Source: an uncultured Bacteroidales bacterium
GTDB lineage: Bacteria > Bacteroidota > Bacteroidia > Bacteroidales > JAADJA01
DNA: 64,000 nucleotides
Direction: 5' to 3'
Assembly: GCA_964421215.1 (NCBI GenBank)
Contig: CAYQWA010000014.1
Location: forward strand, 29,270 to 93,269
Within the stretch, counting starts at the first letter, position 1; every line of letters begins with the position of its first letter. A program made the position numbers and the translations under genes. Positions 54,962 through 64,000 of this stretch are shown here, one piece after another. The notes below the pieces were generated by a model. That model made no database searches and was not told the DNA's origin. It was given only the letters and a program-made list of their open reading frames with translations.

Positions 54962-55700
54962 AGATGAAAAACTGGCTGCCGATCATTTATCCGACCTGAT
55001 AAAAAAATATGACGGTACCATTGAGATCCTGACCAGGCTTGAATCTGTAAAAAAAAGTGTGGAATGGTTCAATACAAATCCACAGCCTGACCTGGCCTTT
55101 TTTGATATTCAATTAGCTGACGGGTTAAGTTTTGAAATATTTGAGGAAACACTTGTCCCATGCCCCATTATTTTTACAACAGCATTTAATGAATACGCCA
55201 TAAAAGCTTTTAAAGTAAACAGTATCGATTATTTGTTAAAACCCATAGATTTTGAAGAACTTTCCACTGCCATAGATAAATTCAAACGGATCAGGGGGCA
55301 ACAACCGGTGGTGAATTCACAGGCAATATTTGACAATGTACTTAATATGCTTACCGACAATTACAAACAACGATTTGTAGTAAAAGTGGGTGAAAGGATT
55401 AAATCCATTCAGGTGGAAAACATCCTCTATTTTTACAGCCTGGAAAAGGCTACTTATTTACACACTTCTGATGACAGGAATTACGTGATTGATTATTCAG
55501 TTGAGCAGTTGGAAAATCTGGTTGATCCAAACAAATTTTTCCGGATAAACAGGAAATACCTTGTTTCCCTGGTAGCTATCGACGACATCATTTCTTATTC
55601 CAATAGCCGGTTGAAAATTGAGTTAAAACACAACGATGAAATGGATGCCATTGTGGCCAGAGAAAAAGTACAGAATTTCAAAAAATGGCTGGATAAGTAA
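54942..55700 (+). CDS. LytTR-family DNA-binding response regulator
   Basis: 252-aa ORF. It has a receiver domain (MKVVIIEDE...AFFDIQLADG...KP) and a C-terminal LytTR-like domain (FFRINRKYLVSL). It overlaps the kinase gene by 20 nt. Confidence 0.85.
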   Translation: MKVVIIEDEKLAADHLSDLIKKYDGTIEILTRLESVKKSVEWFNTNPQPDLAFFDIQLADGLSFEIFEETLVPCPIIFTTAFNEYAIKAFKVNSIDYLLKPIDFEELSTAIDKFKRIRGQQPVVNSQAIFDNVLNMLTDNYKQRFVVKVGERIKSIQVENILYFYSLEKATYLHTSDDRNYVIDYSVEQLENLVDPNKFFRINRKYLVSLVAIDDIISYSNSRLKIELKHNDEMDAIVAREKVQNFKKWLDK

Positions 55701-55745
55701 ACCCAAAACCCGAAACTCGGAACCCGAACCCCAAACCTTTCATCC

Positions 55746-56054
55746 TTAACACATCTGCACAATCATCGAATTCCAGCTAGCCCGGTTTTTAATGAGAAAT
55801 CTATTTTCGGTTCCGTCTTTTGTAATGATTTTCAAACCTGTTGGTAATATAGGGCGGTTTTTGAAGTACATCACTTCTTTGATATTGTTGGGGTAGATTT
55901 CAACATCCCTGCATTCTTTCCCGTTGGCCTCAGTCTTAAAATATATACGTTGTGTTGTGAGAATGAGCTTTCCTTTAATTGTATCTCCGTTGGAGAGGTA
56001 GCTGCTATCGCTTGCTTTCACTACCATTTCGTTGGGATTCATTTCAATTTTCAC
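55746..56054 (-). CDS. Small GRAM/PH-like domain protein
   Basis: 102-aa ORF. GKLILTTQRIYFK resembles the GRAM / bacterial PH motif. It is the last gene of the minus-strand exporter operon. Confidence 0.45.
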   Translation of the reverse strand: MKIEMNPNEMVVKASDSSYLSNGDTIKGKLILTTQRIYFKTEANGKECRDVEIYPNNIKEVMYFKNRPILPTGLKIITKDGTENRFLIKNRASWNSMIVQMC

Positions 56055-56109
56055 GGTTCAAATTTTTAGTTTCTATAATGACGCTTATGTGTATCAATTG
56101 TTACAGTAA

Positions 56110-56601
56110 TCATTTTTCTATTTTGGTGTCCTCCTGTTCATTGTTTATTACTCCCATAACGTCTTTAAACTTTTCATTTGGTACAGGAACTGAAAGCACA
56201 TAATGAACGATTCTCCATCGACTACCACTATTGATTAATATTCCCGATCCACGTAATGTTCCTCCACCAAAATCCACCACTTCGTCGAACCAGGCAAACT
56301 GTTTGTCCTCTGAAAGATATATGTTCCGGTCATTGGCTTTAAAACTCCAGGTTTTCTTTTTACTAAAATGAGGAGTTGACCAATCGAAAAATTCCTGTTT
56401 GGTCCATATTTCAGTCGAATCAGTTCCGATGTATATTCCATCATCATCTATAAAATCAAAATACGATTTCTGGTCAACATCTGCTGCTGCATTGTGCCAT
56501 TCGGTTATTAATTTATTCAGCTCTTTTTTTACTTCTTTCTGCCCAAATGTTAAATTGGGGATAAAAGCTAAGACAAACACAACAATCAAAATATTCTTCA
56601 T
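56110..56601 (-). CDS. Secreted NTF2-like (SnoaL-like) fold protein
   Basis: The ORF track gives 56110..56637. The ATG at 56601 gives signal peptide MKNILIVVFVLAFIPNLTFGQ and removes the overlap with the upstream permease. The size and W/F pattern are NTF2-like. Confidence 0.5.
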   Translation of the reverse strand: MKNILIVVFVLAFIPNLTFGQKEVKKELNKLITEWHNAAADVDQKSYFDFIDDDGIYIGTDSTEIWTKQEFFDWSTPHFSKKKTWSFKANDRNIYLSEDKQFAWFDEVVDFGGGTLRGSGILINSGSRWRIVHYVLSVPVPNEKFKDVMGVINNEQEDTKIEK

Positions 56602-56614
56602 AGTTGTAAATTGT

Positions 56615-59017
56615 TTATTCATATTTAATGGCTTCAACAGGATTTATTATAGCTGCTTTAATGGCCTGGTACGAAATGGTTAGCAGAGCAATTAATATTG
56701 CCAAGAGTGCCGCTCCCAAAAAGATCCACCATTTATCGATCAGTTGAATGCTGTAAGCAAAATTTCCAAGCCACTCTCCAAGAAAATACCAGGCAACAGG
56801 CCATGCAATAACATTTGCAATCAACACCCATTTTGTGAACTGTTTCGAAAGCATGATGACGATATTCTGCACCGATGAACCAAGGGCTTTCCGTATTCCG
56901 ATTTCCCTGGTTTTTTGTTCTGCATTGTAGGAAGCCAGCCCAAACAATCCCAGGCAGGCAATTAGAATTGCAATCAGTGTGAAATAGATGAATATTTTAC
57001 CTATCCGTTGTTCGGCCGTGTACTGGTTGTTAAAATCTTCATCCAGAAAATAGTAATCAAAAGGCATGGTGGGTTCCAGATCTTCCCATTTTGCTTTTAG
57101 GGTTTTTATCTGATCGAATACATTGCCTGGCTGTAAACGAACATTTACAAACCTGGAGTTATTTTCACTAATAAACATCAGGCTGGGTTCAATAACATCA
57201 TGCAATGACCTGAAATGAAAATCTTTCACCACGCCTACTATTTTAAGGTCAAAGGGTTCGTTACGACCAAATCCTGTAATGACTTTACCCAGTGGTTCTT
57301 CCCAGCCAAGTTTTTTAACCAGGGTCTCATTTATAACCACTGCGAGGCTGTCTGTTGAATATTCCCTGGAAAAATCACGGCCTTCAACAATTTCCATTTC
57401 CATGGTTTTTATGTAGTCAAAATCTACCTGATTATTAAAAATAATTATGGGATTTGTTTCGTCATAGCCTTCCGGGATAAACCCTGAGCCATCCATGTCG
57501 CGGCCAGGGACAAACCTTGAGGAAGCCACATTTTTAACACAGGACAGGTTTCGGAATTCATTTTTAATATCATGAGCATTGTTGTTTAATCGCTCTCCCC
57601 TCATCGGGATAACAACCACATTTTCTTTGGTAAAGCCGAGCTTTTTATCCTGGAGGTATTTCAGCTGATGGAAAACAAATCCTGTACAAATGATCAGAAA
57701 TATAGAAATGGCAAATTGTACGATGACAAGCACGTTTCTTACGGATGATTTTTTATCTCCTTTTGAGGAGGTTCCTTTTAATACTTTTACCGGTTGAAAT
57801 GCAGACAGGTAAAAGGCCGGATAACTCCCGGCAATTGCTCCAACCACAATGGTTAATCCCACAAGCGATAATAGAACCCTTCCATCTGTAAATAAGTTTA
57901 ACGCGAGATCTTTATCAAGCAAGTGGTTAAAAACCGGCAGTGATATTTCAACCAGTATCAGAGCAAAGATTAATCCCAAAAATGTAAGGATCATGGACTC
58001 ACCAAGGAATTGGGCAATCAGCTGTTTTTTGTAAGCTCCCACAACCTTGCGCAATCCGACCTCTCTTGCTCTTTTAATCGATCGGGCTGTGGAGAGGTTC
58101 ATAAAATTAATGCAGGCAATAAGAAGAATAAAAACAGCTATGGCAAGGAACGCATAAACATAACTAATATCACTGTTAGTCTCTAATTCTGCCATCAGGT
58201 TTGAATGCAGATGTATTTTAGTAATGGGCTGTAACCGGGGTTCGAATGTAATGTTTTCAAGGGTGCTGAGATCATCCATATACTTCATGTAAAGGTCAGG
58301 GAAACTTTTCTCTGCTTCTTCAGGCATTGAATTCTCTGCAAGTAGCACATAGGTGTAAAGGCCAAGTGATCCCCAGTTGGAATAGGCTTCTATTCCGTTT
58401 GACTCTATCTGGGAAGTAAAGGACGCAAGAACCTCAAATCCGAAATGTGAATTTATAGGAGGATCCGCTACAACTCCTGTTACAGTGTAATTCGTTCTGT
58501 CATTTAATTTGAGTGATTTTCCGATGGGATCTTCTTCGCCAAAATATTTTTCTGCAGTTGTTTCTGTTAACACAAGTGTGTAGGGTTCAACAAGGACTTT
58601 TGCAGGATGGCCTCTCAACAATTCGAAAGAAAAAATTTCAAAGAAGGTAGAATCGACGAATAACAATCCTTCCTGGTAAAAGTTTCTATCACCGCTTGAG
58701 AAATGAATACTTTGCGGAAATTCATCTATCCTGACGGATTTAATGATCTGTGGTATGTCTTTTACCATAGTTTCCCCAGTAGGTCCCGCAGAAACAGCCA
58801 CATTTAATGCATCTCCTGCCACCATTCCATCAACACAGATCCTGTAGATGCGGTCGGCTTTGCTATGGAATTTATCATAACTAAGCTCGTGGTTGATATG
58901 AAGTACAATCAGGATAAAAGCCGCCAGGCCTATGGCAAGTCCGGAAATATTTATAAAGGAATATCCTTTCTGCCGGTATAAATTCCTAAAAGCAATTATC
59001 AGATAGTTTCTCAGCAT
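56615..59017 (-). CDS. ABC transporter permease, FtsX/MacB type (paralog 2)
   Basis: 800-aa ORF with the N-terminus MLRNYLIIAFRNLYRQKGYSFINISGLAIG, typical of MacB_PCD + FtsX permeases. It has two FtsX-like 4-TM modules. Confidence 0.85.
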   Translation of the reverse strand: MLRNYLIIAFRNLYRQKGYSFINISGLAIGLAAFILIVLHINHELSYDKFHSKADRIYRICVDGMVAGDALNVAVSAGPTGETMVKDIPQIIKSVRIDEFPQSIHFSSGDRNFYQEGLLFVDSTFFEIFSFELLRGHPAKVLVEPYTLVLTETTAEKYFGEEDPIGKSLKLNDRTNYTVTGVVADPPINSHFGFEVLASFTSQIESNGIEAYSNWGSLGLYTYVLLAENSMPEEAEKSFPDLYMKYMDDLSTLENITFEPRLQPITKIHLHSNLMAELETNSDISYVYAFLAIAVFILLIACINFMNLSTARSIKRAREVGLRKVVGAYKKQLIAQFLGESMILTFLGLIFALILVEISLPVFNHLLDKDLALNLFTDGRVLLSLVGLTIVVGAIAGSYPAFYLSAFQPVKVLKGTSSKGDKKSSVRNVLVIVQFAISIFLIICTGFVFHQLKYLQDKKLGFTKENVVVIPMRGERLNNNAHDIKNEFRNLSCVKNVASSRFVPGRDMDGSGFIPEGYDETNPIIIFNNQVDFDYIKTMEMEIVEGRDFSREYSTDSLAVVINETLVKKLGWEEPLGKVITGFGRNEPFDLKIVGVVKDFHFRSLHDVIEPSLMFISENNSRFVNVRLQPGNVFDQIKTLKAKWEDLEPTMPFDYYFLDEDFNNQYTAEQRIGKIFIYFTLIAILIACLGLFGLASYNAEQKTREIGIRKALGSSVQNIVIMLSKQFTKWVLIANVIAWPVAWYFLGEWLGNFAYSIQLIDKWWIFLGAALLAILIALLTISYQAIKAAIINPVEAIKYE

Positions 59018-59073
59018 TGTTGAACAAAAGTTATGTTGTGATTAATTGATAGTCCTTTGACCTTTTAGCTCAT

Positions 59074-61437
59074 CTATTCATACTTTAAAGCCTCCACAGG
59101 ATTATTGGTTGCTGCTTTCCAGGCATTGGAGAAGACTGTTGCTGAAGTGATTAGCAATGACAATAGCAGAACAATACCAAAAATCCACCACTGAACATTA
59201 ATATGAAAAGCAAACTGGCTCAACCAATTATTCATAATATACCATGCTACCGGCCAGCCGATGACATTGGCAACCACCACAATTTTCGCGAAATTGCCAG
59301 TGATGGTAACCAAAATATTCTGCAATGAAGCACCTGCAACTTTACGAATTCCTATCTCCTTTTTCTTTTGCTCTACATTGTAGGCTGCCTGTGCAAATAA
59401 TCCCAGGGATGCAATGATTATGGAGATGATTGACAGGTAAACAAAGGCCATACCCGTTTTTGATTCATCCATGTAGTTTCTTTCGATTTCCGGTGCGAGA
59501 AATGTATATTCAAATGGATCTGATGGAATATTTTCTTTCCATTTGCTTTCCAGGCTTTCAACTATTCCGGTAGTACTTTCCGGATGCACTTTTACGGAGA
59601 GGAGGTAATAATAATCCCAGGGTTTGTTGGTGATGATCAATGGTTCGATCTTATGATGCAATGAGGAAAAATGAAAATCTTCAACCACTCCTATTACCTT
59701 ATGATCTCCTCCACGAAAAATAGTTTTACCAATGGCATCCTGCCAGCCTAACTGTTTTGCCAGTGTTTCGTTAATAATATATGAGGTTTCGTCGCCCGCA
59801 TATCCATCCAGAAAGTTTCTTCCGCTAATGACTTTAATATTCATCAATGGAAGGTATTCACAATCCACGTCCATTACATGGCACATTTTCCATTGTTCAT
59901 TTCCCTCAGGCAGGTAACCGTTTCTGGTTAATCCCCTGCCTGGGAAAGATGTGGAAGCTGCAACAGCCTCAACACCAGTGATGTTCTGAAAGGAGTTTTT
60001 CAGTAAATCCACATTTTTCATGGCCAACTCACTGGTCAACTCCACGACAACCACATTATCTTTGTTAAATCCCAGTCCTTTTCCCTGCATGAATTGTATC
60101 TGGCTGTAAATAACAAGGGTTGAAACAATGATTACTGTTGAGATCAGGAACTGGAAAACCACCAGGGCATTACGAAGCACTGGTTTGCCCTTTTTTATGT
60201 TAATCCCTTTTATGCTAATGGCTGGTTGGAACCGTGATATATAAAAAGCAGGTATACTTCCTGCAGCAAAGCCTGTGAATGCGGGAACCAGAATCATTAT
60301 TGCCACAAGAATGAAGTCGGCCTGAGCAAAAAAGTGGAAATTGGTTCCTAATATCTGGTTGAATGCTGGTTCAAACAATTCAATTAATACAAATGAGAAA
60401 GTCAGGGATATTGCTGATAACAACAGTGATTCTCCCAGAAATTGGGAAATCAATTGCTTTTTTGTAGCTCCGACAACTTTGCGCAATCCAACTTCTCTTG
60501 CTCTTTTTATGGATTGGGCAGTAGACAGGTTGATAAAGTTAATGCAGGCAATTAATAAGATGAAAACAGAGAGCAAAGAAAAGTTATAAATCTTTGATAG
60601 GCTTCCTTTAGTAGGCAGGTCTGCATAGGTGTCAGAATGTAAATGAATGTTTAGTAAAGGCTCAGGATAAAGGATCCATTCTGTTCCAACCCTCTCGTTT
60701 ATATGCTTATTGGTAAAGGCTGGAAGTTTTCTGTTTAAATCTTCAATGGAAGCATTTTGATTCAGTTTAATGTAGGTGTAATAATCGTGGCCACCGTTCC
60801 AGTCGAGGTAAGTGTCAGGCAGGCTATACAAAGTTGAAAATGAGAAAAGGGCATTGAACTTCAATTGTGAATTACCTGGCGGATCTTCTACCACACCTGT
60901 TACTTTATAGTCGTATTCATTGTTATACCTGATAATTTGGCCTGCAATATCCGTTTGTCCGAAAATCTTTTGGGCAGTAGATTCTGTCAGGACAATGGAA
61001 AATGGCTCAACCAGTGCAGTTTTAGAATTGCCCGTTAGTAATTTGAACGAAAATACTTTGAACAACGACGAGTCAGCATAAACCAATCCTGTTTGATCAT
61101 AATTCCTTTCCTGCCATGTAAAAAATCCACTTTTGCGTGATGAAAAGCGAACCATATTATCCACCTCAGGAAAATCTTCGATCAGGGAAGGCCCGATTGC
61201 TGCAGTTGTAACGGCTGATATTCCTTCGTTATTCCCGACACTTTCATCGGCTAAGTTTATTCTGTAAATGGAATTCCTGTGTTCATGAAATGTATCGTAA
61301 GATAGTTCCGTGTAAACATAATTGAACATGAGCAAACTAAGCGCCATGCCGAAGGCCAGTCCGAAAATGTTGATCAGGGCATAAAGTTTATTTCTCAGTA
61401 TGAACCTGATGGCAACCTGTATGTAGTTCCGAAACAT
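59074..61437 (-). CDS. ABC transporter permease, FtsX/MacB type (paralog 1)
   Basis: 787-aa ORF with the N-terminus MFRNYIQVAIRFILRNKLYALINIFGLAFG. It has the same architecture as its neighbour and shares RAREVGLRKVVGA. Confidence 0.85.
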   Translation of the reverse strand: MFRNYIQVAIRFILRNKLYALINIFGLAFGMALSLLMFNYVYTELSYDTFHEHRNSIYRINLADESVGNNEGISAVTTAAIGPSLIEDFPEVDNMVRFSSRKSGFFTWQERNYDQTGLVYADSSLFKVFSFKLLTGNSKTALVEPFSIVLTESTAQKIFGQTDIAGQIIRYNNEYDYKVTGVVEDPPGNSQLKFNALFSFSTLYSLPDTYLDWNGGHDYYTYIKLNQNASIEDLNRKLPAFTNKHINERVGTEWILYPEPLLNIHLHSDTYADLPTKGSLSKIYNFSLLSVFILLIACINFINLSTAQSIKRAREVGLRKVVGATKKQLISQFLGESLLLSAISLTFSFVLIELFEPAFNQILGTNFHFFAQADFILVAIMILVPAFTGFAAGSIPAFYISRFQPAISIKGINIKKGKPVLRNALVVFQFLISTVIIVSTLVIYSQIQFMQGKGLGFNKDNVVVVELTSELAMKNVDLLKNSFQNITGVEAVAASTSFPGRGLTRNGYLPEGNEQWKMCHVMDVDCEYLPLMNIKVISGRNFLDGYAGDETSYIINETLAKQLGWQDAIGKTIFRGGDHKVIGVVEDFHFSSLHHKIEPLIITNKPWDYYYLLSVKVHPESTTGIVESLESKWKENIPSDPFEYTFLAPEIERNYMDESKTGMAFVYLSIISIIIASLGLFAQAAYNVEQKKKEIGIRKVAGASLQNILVTITGNFAKIVVVANVIGWPVAWYIMNNWLSQFAFHINVQWWIFGIVLLLSLLITSATVFSNAWKAATNNPVEALKYE

Positions 61438-61453
61438 TATCGAATTGAAAAAA

Positions 61454-61717
61454 TCAAGCGGTTTGTTTTTTCCTGAACATTAATGGTATGTTGCCGTCGT
61501 CCGGAGCACCAATCTCAACCAGTTCCCAGTCTCTTTCCTTTTCTTTTATAAAGTGTTTGAGAACGGTTACTTTATCTTTTGGCGGAACTTCATTCATTTC
61601 CCAGTTGAGCAGCTCAACTTTGTAATAACTGGTTCTTTTTTTGCCGTTGATGCTCACTTCAATCTCTACATTTTGTTCAGGCTCAATATCGGGTATAAGG
61701 ATTACGACTTCTCTCAT
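61454..61717 (-). CDS. Small acidic hypothetical protein
   Basis: 87-aa ORF with no signal peptide and no motif I recognise. It ends 16 nt upstream of the permease start, which suggests co-transcription. Confidence 0.4.
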   Translation of the reverse strand: MREVVILIPDIEPEQNVEIEVSINGKKRTSYYKVELLNWEMNEVPPKDKVTVLKHFIKEKERDWELVEIGAPDDGNIPLMFRKKQTA

Positions 61718-61760
61718 GGTTCTTAGTTCTTAGTTAATTGTTTTAATTTCGTAGCTGTGA

Positions 61761-61886
61761 GTCATTTTTTGTCATTCGCGCTTTGCGCATCATTGATGGT
61801 CATTTGCGTTTTAATAGTAGTGAATTGAAAATGTGTTAATATATGCTTGTTTCAATGACTATCAATGACAATTAATGACCATCAAT
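61761..61886. promoter_or_regulatory. Dyad array of GTCATT / AATGAC hexamers (3 + 3), including a 13-bp inverted repeat; candidate operator
   Basis: GTCATT occurs at 61761, 61771 and 61799. AATGAC occurs at 61854, 61864 and 61874, the last three phased about 10 bp apart as TCAATGAC. ATTGATGGTCATT (61792-61804) pairs with AATGACCATCAAT (61874-61886). A GCGCTTTGCGC hairpin lies at 61778-61788. Confidence 0.5.
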
Positions 61887-61902
61887 ATTCAAATACTCAA
61901 CC

Positions 61903-62367
61903 CTACTTCTCTTTCTTTTCCTCGTGCTTATAATAGATCTTGTTCACGATCTTCCAACCCTCTTCAAATTTGTAAAGAGCCAAATAATCGGTGTAAACAT
62001 GCTTCTTCCCTTTAAAGTATTCCAGCTTTACTACAGCAGCATTGCCTGTTACATCAATTATTGGAAATTTTGCGGTTACTCTTTCTTCATTCTTTACAGG
62101 TGACGGATCATCTTTTAATTTGTTTTCATGGTATTGTACCCAGCTGTAAATAGGCCATTTGGTTAAAGCGTTGTTGTTAACACCCAACAGTTCAAATCCC
62201 GGGTGGAACCCTGCATTAATGTCTTCAACAGAGCCTTTGTTTTGTAAGCCATCAATGTATGAAGTTTGAATGACTTTGATAATGGCGTCTTTTTCTGAAT
62301 CGCCTCCAGCGTATATCGCTGCCGGGATTAAAAGTGCAAATGATAAAATGATTGTGAGTTTTTTCAT
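61903..62367 (-). CDS. Secreted NTF2-like protein (lumazine-binding-like family)
   Basis: 154-aa ORF with signal peptide MKKLTIILSFALLIPAAIYA. The pattern VIQTSYIDGLQN...VVKLEYF...DYLALYKFEEGWKIVNK resembles NTF2-fold proteins. Confidence 0.5.
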   Translation of the reverse strand: MKKLTIILSFALLIPAAIYAGGDSEKDAIIKVIQTSYIDGLQNKGSVEDINAGFHPGFELLGVNNNALTKWPIYSWVQYHENKLKDDPSPVKNEERVTAKFPIIDVTGNAAVVKLEYFKGKKHVYTDYLALYKFEEGWKIVNKIYYKHEEKKEK

Positions 62368-62496
62368 GATGTTTATTTTGAAATTGATGTTTGTTTAATA
62401 TCAAATAAAAAAATGCTTTGAAGAATTTTATTCCTGATTATACCACTGTATAAGCCTCTTGATTTCAGGGTATTTAGGATAAGTGAAACCAATCAG

Positions 62497-63195
62497 TTAT
62501 ATTTTTACCGTATTTACCCTCCCTTTAATGTTTTCATTTATGATCTGGCCATCGAACAGGCGAACAATCCGCTGAGCATACTCGGCATCACGCTGTGAAT
62601 GTGTGACGATTATCAGGGTTGTCCCATTCTGATTTAATTCTTCCAGCATATTCATTACCTCTTCTCCATGTGCGGAGTCGAGGTTTCCTGTAGGCTCATC
62701 TGCAAGGATAAGTTTAGGCTTGGCGACAACTGCTCTTGCTACTGCTACCCTTTGTTGCTGTCCTCCGGATAATTGCAGCGGGAAGTGTTTTTTCCTGTGG
62801 CTGATCTTCATGTATTCCAACACTTCTTCTACTCTTTGTTTTCTTTCGGAACTTTTCATCCCCAGATAAATCAGGGGTAATTCCACATTTTCAAAAACGT
62901 TGAGTTCATCAATCAGATTAAAATTCTGAAAAACAAACCCGATGTTCTCTTTACGAAGCCTTGCCCTTTGTTTTTCGGAATGGCCGGCTACTTCATTTTC
63001 GAGGAAATAATATTCACCGCCTGAGGGATTGTCAAGCAACCCTAAAATGTTGAGCAAAGTTGATTTTCCACATCCTGAAGGGCCCATAACTGCTACAAAT
63101 TCACCTTGTTTGATTTCAAATGAAACTTCGTTTAATGCAGTTGTTTCCACCTCATCAGTACGGAATACTTTTGTTAAATTTACTGTTCTGATCAT
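62497..63195 (-). CDS. ABC transporter ATP-binding protein (MacB/LolD-like)
   Basis: 232-aa ORF with Walker A GPSGCGKSTLLN, signature LSGGQQQRVAVARA and Walker B LILADEPTGNLD. Confidence 0.92.
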   Translation of the reverse strand: MIRTVNLTKVFRTDEVETTALNEVSFEIKQGEFVAVMGPSGCGKSTLLNILGLLDNPSGGEYYFLENEVAGHSEKQRARLRKENIGFVFQNFNLIDELNVFENVELPLIYLGMKSSERKQRVEEVLEYMKISHRKKHFPLQLSGGQQQRVAVARAVVAKPKLILADEPTGNLDSAHGEEVMNMLEELNQNGTTLIIVTHSQRDAEYAQRIVRLFDGQIINENIKGRVNTVKI

Positions 63196-63293
63196 GGTTG
63201 AAAGTTATATGTTATTAGTTGTTTGTTAAATGCGTGAATGATTGAATGCTTAAATGTATAGTTGTCTTTTGTTTTTTTATTAAAACTCCAGGG

Positions 63294-64000
63294 CTACTTA
63301 AACACCAGTTTTTCTTTTGAGCCGAAGGAGTCATAGGATGAAATGATCACTTGTTCTCCTGGTTCCAATCCTTCCATTACTTCATAAAAACTTGTGTTCT
63401 GGCGTCCAATTCTAATTTTCCTTTTAATTGCAAAGTCCCCTGAGGGATCCACAATGTAGATCCAGTTCCCTCCAGTTTCCTGGAAAAATCCGCCACGTTT
63501 TACAATTACCGCATCTGTGGAACTGCTGAATGAAAGCCTTAATTGCAGGGTTTGGCCTCGTTTAATATGATCCGGCTGTTCTCCGTCGAAGTAGAGGTCA
63601 ACCTGGAAGGATCCGTTGGTAACGTCAGTATATATTTTCTTAATACTCAGGGAATATGTTTTTCCGGCGAAATCAAATTCTGCTGCCTGGCCAATATAAA
63701 CCCTTGAGATGTACCTTTCGTCGATGTTGGCCTGGAGCTTAAACCCATCCAGCATATCGATCTGTCCGAGGTGTTCCCCTGCGGATTTTGTTTCACCAAT
63801 TTCAACACTGAATGAGGAAAGTTGTCCGTTGTTCGGAGCTTTAATATACAGATTCTCAAGGTTTGCCCTGAGCATATCAAGGTTTTCCCCCATTCGGTCA
63901 ATGGTGATGCCAATTTGCCTGCTTCGATTCACCGCATTGATTGAATCCAGCTTTTGTAATTCGATGGATATAGCAAGTTGTTTAAGTGTAAAATCGTTTT
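63294..64000 (-). CDS. Efflux periplasmic adaptor (HlyD/MacA family), C-terminal part; the ORF continues past the window edge
   Basis: The ORF track starts at a GTG at 63932. My translation of 63933-63998 in the same frame gives NDFTLKQLAISIELQKLDSINA with no stop, so the gene is truncated by the window. It has beta-barrel/MPD-like motifs (GQIDML, GQTLQLRL, GEQVIISS). Confidence 0.7.
   Translation of the reverse strand, partial: NDFTLKQLAISIELQKLDSINAVNRSRQIGITIDRMGENLDMLRANLENLYIKAPNNGQLSSFSVEIGETKSAGEHLGQIDMLDGFKLQANIDERYISRVYIGQAAEFDFAGKTYSLSIKKIYTDVTNGSFQVDLYFDGEQPDHIKRGQTLQLRLSFSSSTDAVIVKRGGFFQETGGNWIYIVDPSGDFAIKRKIRIGRQNTSFYEVMEGLEPGEQVIISSYDSFGSKEKLVFK

Noticed and set aside
55701-55745. 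C/A-rich low-complexity stretch (ACCCAAAACCCGAAACTCGGAACCCGAACCCCAAACC) between convergent genes
   Set aside because: It is too short and irregular to call a repeat family. It contains only a 4-bp CCGA/TCGG stem with no U-run, so it is not a convincing terminator or element.

Overview
This 64-kb segment looks like a Bacteroidota chromosome. The evidence is five proteins with type-A T9SS C-terminal sorting domains, CarboxypepD_reg-type TonB-dependent receptors, DUF4249/DUF4292-like lipoproteins, a LytS/LytTR pair, TAnnTTTG -7 promoter motifs, and an AT-rich composition by eye. I support about 40 protein genes, one intact tRNA (Cys-GCA), one orphan tRNA 3' half, one truncated IS21-family element, several Rho-independent terminators and several short repeat or palindrome families. 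The left ~10 kb (1-9923) looks accessory. It holds an IS21 end, two large T9SS cargo genes, an 859-bp ORF-free stretch with a tRNA-Ala 3' remnant, a tyrosine integrase and tRNA-Cys. The rest is mostly conserved housekeeping and envelope genes: folB, gltX, ybeY, mnmG and dut; a flippase/dut/TPR-lipoprotein/DUF4292/degenerate-LytM cluster; M1, M16 and C25 peptidases; and a LytS/LytTR pair next to a MacAB-like exporter operon. I saw no CRISPR array, rRNA, phage structural module or recognisable defence system. The items most worth a second look are: (1) the mosaic tRNA-Cys / integrase / tRNA-Ala-fragment module; (2) a palindrome family with TGTTTCACG termini, including two identical 16-bp perfect palindromes bracketing mnmG; (3) a 1707-aa gingipain-like C25 protease ending in a dockerin-like duplicated Ca-binding motif instead of a T9SS CTD; (4) a 1123-aa membrane/coiled-coil protein translationally coupled to an RsbW-like kinase with no partner-switching genes nearby. 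All product calls come from motif recognition by eye on the supplied translations. No database search or structure prediction was possible, so they are hypotheses of graded confidence.
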